From positions 68,821 through 132,820 of the forward strand of contig JADBKP010000010.1 in NCBI GenBank assembly GCA_014896315.1: a stretch of DNA of 64,000 nt, in the 5' to 3' direction. The position numbers and the translations under genes are program-made. Every line of letters begins with the position of its first letter. The first letter of the stretch is position 1. Below, in pieces: positions 41,629 through 49,534 of this stretch. The notes under the pieces are model-generated. The model worked only from the letters and a program-made list of their open reading frames with translations. It was not told the DNA's origin and made no database searches. This stretch comes from Limnochordales bacterium (GTDB lineage: Bacteria; Bacillota; Limnochordia; Limnochordales; DUMU01).

Positions 41629-42627
41629 ATGATAAACAGAATTCCTGCCGTTTCGTATGGCCAAACACAGTCCGAGAGAGCGGTGGACCAGTTGGTAGAC
41701 AGGGCGCAGAATGAGACCGCAAGCCGCTTTGAAGGGGTTGTGGCACTTCTCCTCACCCCGTTTCAGCCGGACGGGCAGATTGATTGGAAGTGCTACGAAG
41801 CCTACGTCGACTGGCAGCTCAGCCTGGGGGTCAAGGCTCTCTTTGCCGTATGCGGCAGCAGCGAAATGAAATGGCTCTCCTTCAGCGAGCGGTTGGAGCT
41901 GGCCCGAAGGGCAGTATCGCGTGCCGGCAGGATACCTGTGATTACCACCGCCAATCTCGAGCCAAACCCCGCTGAACATAAGGCAGAACTCCACCGCCTG
42001 ATCGATACCGGAGTATCCGGGGTCGTGCTGGTGCCGCCTCCAGGCCTCGCACGGGATCAGGTTCTTCTGGGAGAGTACTTTGCCGAGCTGGCCGATACCT
42101 CTTCCTGCCCCGTCTTTCTTTACGAATGGCCTCAGGTATGGCCCTATTCCATATCTCCGAGCGTCTTCCGAAACCTGGTCCGTAATCACGGAGTGCTGGG
42201 CATTAAGGATACAACCTGTACCATAGAAGGGATCGTGGCCAAGATCCGCGCCGCCCCCGAGGCCATTGTTTACCAGGCAAACACCCCCTTAGCTCTGGAT
42301 GCGGTGGAAGCGGGCGCGCGGGGTATGATGGCGATTACTTCCACCTGCTGTGCAGATCTTGCGGTAAAGTTCTGGCAACTGGCTCTAGGTAAGGCGCAAG
42401 AGACGAAGAGAGTCCACGCCCGGCTGGTTTTCCTCGACGCGATTTTGCGGATGGCACACCCGGCCACCTCCAAATACTTGGCAGCTCTGCGCGGTATCCC
42501 CATCTCTCCTACCTGTCGCTGGCCTGTCACTCTTCATGCAGAGGTAGCCCGGGCGGTCCGGGTCTGGTTCGAAGAGTACCTGGAGGATCATTCAGAAGCG
42601 AATTCTCGTTTGCCCAGTTTCCGCTAG
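41629..42627 (+). CDS. dihydrodipicolinate synthase/N-acetylneuraminate lyase family aldolase (start uncertain)
   Basis: ALLLTPF..DGQID, CGSSE, FLYEWP, GIKDT (Schiff-base Lys). Confidence 0.85.
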   Translation: MINRIPAVSYGQTQSERAVDQLVDRAQNETASRFEGVVALLLTPFQPDGQIDWKCYEAYVDWQLSLGVKALFAVCGSSEMKWLSFSERLELARRAVSRAGRIPVITTANLEPNPAEHKAELHRLIDTGVSGVVLVPPPGLARDQVLLGEYFAELADTSSCPVFLYEWPQVWPYSISPSVFRNLVRNHGVLGIKDTTCTIEGIVAKIRAAPEAIVYQANTPLALDAVEAGARGMMAITSTCCADLAVKFWQLALGKAQETKRVHARLVFLDAILRMAHPATSKYLAALRGIPISPTCRWPVTLHAEVARAVRVWFEEYLEDHSEANSRLPSFR

Positions 42628-42774
42628 CCCGATTCGCAAGGAGGTGATCTACAAACTCGCACTGGTCCGAACGCGCCGGTAAATGCGGTTGGTTGAGGGG
42701 TCTTACGCTGCGTTTGGCTGTGGCAAGGATGAAAGGGTGCAGAGGTAAGAAAGACAATCGGGAGGGAGACTCGT

Positions 42775-44049
42775 ATGAAGGCGTCTTCTCTGAGAAGGTG
42801 CGTTCTGGTACCGCTCGTGGTTCTGGTATGCTCCACTCCCAGTTTTGCCAAACAGGTCACTATCGTTCACATGGACAACTGGAGCGGCGTTCTGGCTGAC
42901 GCCATGAGAGCCATCGCGGCAGAATTCGAAAAAGAACATCCCGATATAAAAGTGGAGTATGTAAATCCGGGTTACCTGGCTGACGTCTGGGCAAAAGCCA
43001 CCGTCATGGTGGCCGGAGGTACGCCTCCAGACGTGGTGGCGATCCACGCCAGAAACATAGGGAATGCCATCAGCAGTGACTTCGCGATGTCACTGAATGA
43101 ACTGATGAAGAAAGACGGCATTGACCTGTCCAAGACTTTGTTGCCCGGCGTGTTAGATCCGGCGACAATGGACGGTAAGGTTTTCGGTGTGCCCAAGGAT
43201 TTCAACCCCACCTATCTTGCAGTCAATCGCGACATGCTGGATGAAGCGGGGCTCCCCCTTCCTCAGCTGGGCTGGACTGCCAGGGAGTTTGAGGAATACG
43301 CAAAGAAGCTGGTGCGCAAGGACGGTCAGGGAAACATAGTTCGCTTTGCCGTGCCGCTCGGAACGGTACAGCTCAACTCCTGGGCGTTCATAAACGGTAG
43401 CCGCATGTATGACCGGAACAAGAAGAAGCTTGAACTGACATCTCCCTCGTTCCTAAGCGCCCTGGAATGGATGGCGGGGCTGGTGCGGTTGGGGCTTATG
43501 TCGCAGCAACACGGCACAGTTGAGGGGTTTGCGAAGGGCGACTACGCCTTCTCGGACCAGGCATGGCTTACCAACGTTCCCATGATCGCCGAACTGGCGC
43601 GCTTTAGGTGGGCTACAGTCTACTTCCCGCGGGGTGATGCCCCTCCACCCACGTTTGTCACAAACCATTGGTGGGTGATTCCGAAAGCGACCAAGCACCC
43701 GCGTGAAGCGTGGGAGTGGCTGAAGTACCTGCACACGTCTCCCAAGGCATTAGAGATCAGAGCCCAGTACGCCATCATACCCGGAGCGCTTGATAGCGTA
43801 AAGAGGCTGGTGGAGCTGGCGCAGGTTCCGAGCGGCTCGACTCGCAGTGAGATCTACGGTCCTTTCCTCCGCCCGACGGATTACCTCGTCAGTGAACCGG
43901 CCGATGCTGCCTTCCAGTACGCAGCGGGCAAAACACGGCTGTGGGATGTGATCTACAGCGCTTTGCGGGGTGAGAAGGACGTTCGCCGCGCTATGGCCGA
44001 GATCGAGCCGGCCATGTACGCGGCGATGGCTGAGGTGGCAAAGAAGTGA
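42775..44049 (+). CDS. ABC carbohydrate solute-binding protein (family 1)
   Basis: Signal peptide; FEKEHPDIKVE, AGGTPPDVV, GKVFGVP, KHPREAWEWLKYL. Confidence 0.9.
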   Translation: MKASSLRRCVLVPLVVLVCSTPSFAKQVTIVHMDNWSGVLADAMRAIAAEFEKEHPDIKVEYVNPGYLADVWAKATVMVAGGTPPDVVAIHARNIGNAISSDFAMSLNELMKKDGIDLSKTLLPGVLDPATMDGKVFGVPKDFNPTYLAVNRDMLDEAGLPLPQLGWTAREFEEYAKKLVRKDGQGNIVRFAVPLGTVQLNSWAFINGSRMYDRNKKKLELTSPSFLSALEWMAGLVRLGLMSQQHGTVEGFAKGDYAFSDQAWLTNVPMIAELARFRWATVYFPRGDAPPPTFVTNHWWVIPKATKHPREAWEWLKYLHTSPKALEIRAQYAIIPGALDSVKRLVELAQVPSGSTRSEIYGPFLRPTDYLVSEPADAAFQYAAGKTRLWDVIYSALRGEKDVRRAMAEIEPAMYAAMAEVAKK

Positions 44050-44165
44050 CCCTGTGTTCGTGATGCTGTGAAAGATTAGAGGTCGGGGATGGCGGTTCGG
44101 CGGTTCGACGGTTCTCTGGCCGCCATCTCCGGCCGCGTTAGCGAGCATTGAAGGGAGAAGGTCAG

Positions 44166-46106
44166 GTGTCCGAGGAGTTCATCAACCGCCTTGGCATGAG
44201 AATGATACGAGTCGAACCCGGGAGTTTTATGATGGGCAGCTCCGACGGCGATTTCGACGAACGCCCCCAGCACCGCGTCAGCATCACCTACGCCTTCTAC
44301 ATGAGCGAAACCCCGGTAACCAACGCCCAGTACGAGCAGTATGATCCGGCTCACGGGTCCTTGCGCGGTAAGGCGGGAATCTCGCAGGATGACGACGAAG
44401 CAGTAGTCTTCGTCAGCTGGTATGATGCCGTGAGATTCTGCGAGTGGCTCTCAAAGAAGGAGAACCGGGTATACAGGCTCCCCACGGAGGCCGAGTGGGA
44501 GTACGCCTGCCGGGCCGGTTCGACTACAGCCTTCCATACGGGGGATACGCTGCCGGAGATCTACCACAGGCACCAGGAGGAAAGCTGGTGGCCTGTGCCG
44601 GTGCCGCTACACGTGGGCCGTACGCCTGCCAACGCCTGGGGATTTCGTGATATGCATGGTCTTGTCGAGGAATGGTGTTACGACTGGTACGGCCCGTACC
44701 CCGAGGGAGAGCAGGTTGATCCCGTGGGGCCGGCGAAAGGCACCTTCAAGGTTACCCGGGGTGGATCACATAACACGCCGGTTTGGTATCTCCGCTCGGC
44801 AAACCGCCTGGGTACGGTGCCTGAGGATAAGCACTGGTTGATCGGCTTCCGCATCGTATGCGGCATGCTGCCGGAGAGCAAGCTGCTTCCTGAGCCCCCG
44901 CCCAAGCGGTGGGCTACGGGTGTCTTGCAGCGTCCGTCTTCCTGGTTTACGGGCCCGCGCTCCGACGAACCTTACTTTGCCGGTCCGAAACGTTTTGTGC
45001 GCCAGGCGCCCCACCCCGAACGTGTGCCGATGTACTCTCACAACCACCAGCCCTCAATCACCTGGTGTGACAATGGCGATCTGCTGGCGATCTGGTTTTC
45101 GACACCCCATGAAGCGGCACGCGAAATGACGGTCCTGGCCAGTCGCCTGCGCTACGGAGCGGAGGAGTGGGACCTGCCTGCAGAGTTCTTCAAGGCCCCT
45201 GACCGGAACATGACGGGAGCTGCGCTCTTCCACGACGAGGATACCGGCATACTGTACCACTTCAACGGCCTCGGCACCGACGGTACGTGGGGGAAACTGG
45301 CGCTGGTCATGCGCACCAGCACGGATAAGGGTGTAAGCTGGTCGGCTCCGCGCCTCATCAACCCCGAGCACGGCTGTCGCAACCAGGTGATACACGGAAC
45401 GCTAAAGACTCGCGAGGGGTATCTCATTCAGCCGTGCGATGCTGTCACGGGTGGGAGCGGTGGCACGGCAATTCATATCAGCCGTGACGGGGGAATGACC
45501 TGGGAGGACCCGGGCCTTGGCAGGCCCACCCCCACCTTTGAGGCCGGGAAGACGGGAGCATGGATCGCCGGCATCCATGCCGGCATCGTGCAACTCTTGG
45601 ACGGGCGGCTGATGGCCCTTGGGCGTGGCGACAGCATTGACGGGCGTATGCCGCAAAGCATATCGAACGACATGGGACGCTCGTGGGTATACGCGTCGAG
45701 CGAGTTCCCTCCCATAGGTATGGGTCAGCGCCTCGCCTTGATGCGGCTACGGGAGGGACCTATTCTGCTCGTTTCGTTTACCGATACCAAAGATAGGCTA
45801 GCCAATCCTCAGGGTATTCTGGCAGTAGCGGCCGATGGCAAGAAGAGGCGGGTGTACGGTCTATTTGCAGCACTCTCCTTTGACGAGGGGAAGACGTGGC
45901 CCGTCAAGAGGCTGGTCAGTCCGGGTGGAGCCACAACCACTTACGAAGGCGGGGGATGGACGGGCCACTTTCTCCTCGACGATACGCACGGCGAACCCAT
46001 GGGATACCTGGCAGTCACCCAGACACCGGACGGGATAATCCATCTCGTGTCGAGTGCCCTGTACTATAGGTTCAACCTGGCGTGGTTGCTCGTGGGGGCG
46101 GCGTAG
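44166..46106 (+). CDS. FGE-sulfatase (SUMF1-like) domain fused to a BNR/sialidase-like beta-propeller
   Basis: FMMGS, ETPVTNAQY, RLPTEAEWEYACRAG, NAWGFRDMHG, RGGS; Asp-boxes STDKGVSW, SRDGGMTW, SNDMGRSW, SFDEGKTW. Confidence 0.88.
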   Translation: MSEEFINRLGMRMIRVEPGSFMMGSSDGDFDERPQHRVSITYAFYMSETPVTNAQYEQYDPAHGSLRGKAGISQDDDEAVVFVSWYDAVRFCEWLSKKENRVYRLPTEAEWEYACRAGSTTAFHTGDTLPEIYHRHQEESWWPVPVPLHVGRTPANAWGFRDMHGLVEEWCYDWYGPYPEGEQVDPVGPAKGTFKVTRGGSHNTPVWYLRSANRLGTVPEDKHWLIGFRIVCGMLPESKLLPEPPPKRWATGVLQRPSSWFTGPRSDEPYFAGPKRFVRQAPHPERVPMYSHNHQPSITWCDNGDLLAIWFSTPHEAAREMTVLASRLRYGAEEWDLPAEFFKAPDRNMTGAALFHDEDTGILYHFNGLGTDGTWGKLALVMRTSTDKGVSWSAPRLINPEHGCRNQVIHGTLKTREGYLIQPCDAVTGGSGGTAIHISRDGGMTWEDPGLGRPTPTFEAGKTGAWIAGIHAGIVQLLDGRLMALGRGDSIDGRMPQSISNDMGRSWVYASSEFPPIGMGQRLALMRLREGPILLVSFTDTKDRLANPQGILAVAADGKKRRVYGLFAALSFDEGKTWPVKRLVSPGGATTTYEGGGWTGHFLLDDTHGEPMGYLAVTQTPDGIIHLVSSALYYRFNLAWLLVGAA

Positions 46107-46477
46107 TGAGTACGGGCCAGTCTACTCATCCTCATCGACTTTCCCTCCCTGTTTAAACTGAGTCGCTATCCGGCTACCCACAACGAATCAACCAACCGCC
46201 GCACCCCTCCGGCAGATGTGTCAAGAGCCAGGTGTCAGGATCCAACCTCACCCCCTTCCACAGCCAGGATGTTTTGAGCACAGCCCGGGTACCGCGAGGA
46301 TGGCAGCACCACCCTGCTCCCCGGGTCGCCGGGTATGGGATCGGGTGAAAAAAGCTTTCCGGAAACCTTTCCGGTTATAACAATTCGGTACGAGTGCGCG
46401 AAATTCCTTCCATGCCGGCCGTTTTCGTACTTAACGGGGCGACCGGCGTCTAGAAGGGCGTCACGGCTAGAGGGGCG

Positions 46478-46669
46478 TCATGGCTCGGGCGGAATCACGA
46501 ACCAGGCGAGAAGGTAGGCGAGGATGCCCGATCCGCCAAGAAGGACGAAGAGTATCCAGGCCAGGCGGATGAGGCTTACGTCGAGTCCGAAGTACTCGGC
46601 GAGACCCCCGCAGACGCCGCCGAGGATCCTTTGCCGCTTTGAACGAAAGAGTCTCCTGGAGGTAGCCAT
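46478..46669 (-). CDS. pspC: PspC domain protein
   Basis: RLFRSKRQRILGGVCGGLAEYFGLDVSLIRL...AYLLAWFVIP. Confidence 0.92.
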   Translation of the reverse strand: MATSRRLFRSKRQRILGGVCGGLAEYFGLDVSLIRLAWILFVLLGGSGILAYLLAWFVIPPEP

Positions 46670-46967
46670 GGGTGAGCCCTCCGCTGCAGTTCCAGCTTTC
46701 GCATCTCGTATCCGGGCATCCGCAGCCGGCACTTGCCATTTGGCCTCCGGCATTCTGCTTTTCACAGCTATTCTATGCTATTCACTACTGGTTGGTAGGC
46801 GGGGGCGAAGGGAAAAGAGGCCAATTCCGCTTCTGCGATACTTGTGGGCCGCGGATCTTGCGCGCCGGGCAAAAGCGGAGGATTATCGACCCGAAGAGAA
46901 TTGTTGCGGCTTGTTGTTGGTTCTGGCTCACCTGGCTCATCCTAAGGTCAGAAAATGCAGTAGGGGG

Positions 46968-47789
46968 ATGCCGATGAACTACAGTTTCAGGGGAAGGAGC
47001 AGCCGGTCGAGACCGGCCCGCCGCTTACTCTTCGCGTTGCTGCTGCTTGTCGCCGCCGGCACGTCGCTTGGGTGGATTATGAGCCGGCGGGAGGCCGAGC
47101 AATTGGAGAAGCGGCTGCTTGCCGCGCAGCAGCAGTTAGCGGCGCTGAAGGCCGACCGTAGGGTGGAGGAGGTAGCCGCCTATCAACTGCCGGCAGCACC
47201 GCAGGATCTATTGGCGTGGCAGGCATACGTCCTCATGCACCAGGCGGAGGCGCTCTGGCGGGGAGCGTATGAGAGCTGGCTGGCGGGGGACTGGTGGCGG
47301 CTTGCGACCGGTGACGGGCAACGTGGGACGAGCAGGACGACCACGGACAGCAACGAGGAGGGGCTCTCGCAACAAGGACAACTTCCCGCCCGCGAAGAAC
47401 TGCACTCAGTTCTGCTCGCCACGCTCCGGCAGGAGCTGGCCGCGGTTGCTTCCGCCCCTTACCTCAATGAGCTGGTGAACCGCCTGCAGCAGGTCATCGC
47501 AGGCGGCGAAGGGGAAGTTTCGTTTCCGTCCCGAGACGAACTGCGTTCTCTCAAAGTAGTACAGATAGAAGAGGCGGACGAGGAGGAGACGGGAGAAGAG
47601 GGGGCGGCCGCCCGCCGGACGCGAGCCGTGGTCGAGGTCCAGGCCCGGCGCCATGTGCCAGCCTATGAATGGTCGGGCCGGGCCTACTTCCGTGATGTAA
47701 CCTGGCAGATCGAACTCGTTTCGACACCTCTCGGGTGGCGGATAAGCCGGGTGAGCGAGCAGTCGGGCGCCCCCCGTCCCGAAGCCTGA
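46968..47789 (+). CDS. hypothetical membrane-anchored protein
   Basis: AGGGGG RBS; N-terminal TM segment, coiled coil, C-terminal beta-rich segment (VTWQIELVSTPLGWRISRV). Confidence 0.6.
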   Translation: MPMNYSFRGRSSRSRPARRLLFALLLLVAAGTSLGWIMSRREAEQLEKRLLAAQQQLAALKADRRVEEVAAYQLPAAPQDLLAWQAYVLMHQAEALWRGAYESWLAGDWWRLATGDGQRGTSRTTTDSNEEGLSQQGQLPAREELHSVLLATLRQELAAVASAPYLNELVNRLQQVIAGGEGEVSFPSRDELRSLKVVQIEEADEEETGEEGAAARRTRAVVEVQARRHVPAYEWSGRAYFRDVTWQIELVSTPLGWRISRVSEQSGAPRPEA

Positions 47790-47845
47790 AGCCTGAAGTC
47801 GCTGAATCCCCGGTCCGGCTGATCGCCCGGCCGCTTCGTGTCACA

Positions 47846-49300
47846 TTACTTTACTGGGGTGACGAGAGGGTGAATGTCCGCCACGGGCCTGCGCCGATGG
47901 TAATGGCCTACTTGTACACGGTGCCGTCCGCAGGTGCGAGCGGTGCCGGCTTGTCCAGTACCGGCAGAGGAATTACCGAACGGCTTGCCCGACGCCGCTG
48001 ACTCTTTCCCGTTGCCGTAAGCCGCTACGGCATAGGTGGTCGTCTGCCCGGGCATCAGCTCAGCGGCGTAATCCTCAGTCTGGTAGACGTCGGTGCCGGG
48101 AGGCAGTTCAGTTGTGAGGTGATCCAGGGCGAACTGACCGTTACGGTAGACGCGGAAACCAGTCACCCCACTCAGCTCGGCCTGTCGCCACCCTATTTGG
48201 GTGAAAAGGAAGGCATCAGAGCCGGGAGGCAGCGCCGCAGGTTGTACCCGCTGGCCGTTCATATTTGCGCCCGCCGGCCGGTCCCGCTGCTGAATGGTCC
48301 GGACGATCCATTGACCAATGTGCGGGAGTAGCCCGGCTGCAACCGCTGCGGGTCTGCTTGCGAGGGGCTCAAACCCGAACGATTCGCACTTGTCGCACTT
48401 CCGCTTCCGCCGATTCCCGTGCCGGCCACTTGCGTCGGCGGTGGTTTGAGAACGGAGGTGGTGAGTGTTGCGGCCACTGCTCCGACGATGGTAGGTGGTG
48501 TGTCCGGGCCGGGCGAACTCGAGGAACGGGTGGTCCGGAGGGGATCTACCATGGTGTTACCGGTCCGGTCGATGGCAATGAAAAGAACGGTGTGATCGCC
48601 CGGTCCGCTTTCATACCTGGGGATGATGAAAGTGTCAGCGAACGATGGCGAACCAGTTAGCACATTGCCCTGGATGTGATCCCAGTCGTAGTCCATCAGC
48701 CAGCCTACACGGCCAGACCACAGCCGCCGGCCTCGTCTGTCGCCGTCACGTCTCACTTGGACAGATCGGGTATGTGCCCCTCTGCCCGCAGGGACGGCAG
48801 CGTACTATCGTAGGCAAGAGCCTGGTTGCGCCGCTGCTGAACCAGGGTCACGCGTACAGTTTCCGCGCGGCGGACTCCCACGCTGCTTGGACCGTCGCCC
48901 ACCCCGACTTCGAAATGAGCAGTTCATACGTCTTAATGCGTCTTAATGCCGGGACCTCCCGCCGTCGGGATGGGTAAGTTGGTGAACTGAAAATGCCCAT
49001 CGCTTCCTGTGGTAGCCGTCCTTTGCAGACCCGGTGACCGCAGGAGCACCGTTGTGCCCTCCACTGCGCTTCCACCCGGCCGGTCCACGACGTAACCTGA
49101 GATGGTTGCCGTTTGGGGTGGAGGCGCTCCCCCGCCCCCGCAATCCGCGAGAACCAGTGCGAGAATTGTTACTGCCGCCAGGCCTGCTGCTGTGACTGCG
49201 CCACGCGTTTTTTGGACCGAGATATGTTTGCCGCCAGTTGCTGTTTGCGTTTCCGTTTCACCCTTTGCCTGATGGCTGGTAGCGCGGCTGAAGCAAACCG
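47846..49300 (-). pseudogene. fragmented surface lipoprotein gene (carboxypeptidase-regulatory-like and FN3-like pieces)
   Basis: LADCGGGG lipobox-like; TISGYVVD...TATTGSDGHFQFTNLP; GFRVYRNG...TTTYAVAAY; split across three frames. Confidence 0.45.
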
Positions 49301-49344
49301 TGAGCCACAGCCGCCTTCCGCAGTCTCGGTCGCTCATGCTATAC

Positions 49345-49534
49345 TTGCAGTCGACCGGCGACGTTTGTGAACTTGCCTGGTACATTATGGTAGTGCCCGG
49401 CGGGCAGTGTTGAGGATTCATGCGGATTTCGGGCTCGTCACAGCTGCCGTCGACCCCCCGGGGTTAAACCGGCTACCGGGGGTCGACTGCAACATGAACC
49501 GTTCCGAGCCCTACCTACCTGGGCTTCTGTCCTT
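49345..49534 (+). promoter_or_regulatory. CRISPR leader
   Basis: Non-coding stretch before the first perfect repeat, with GTCGAC-centred inverted repeats; degenerate repeats lie at the opposite end. Confidence 0.7.

Noticed and set aside
44166-44870. FGE/C-lectin domain as a diversity-generating retroelement target
   Set aside because: No reverse transcriptase, avd gene or template-repeat copy of the domain end was seen in the window, and the domain is N-terminal.
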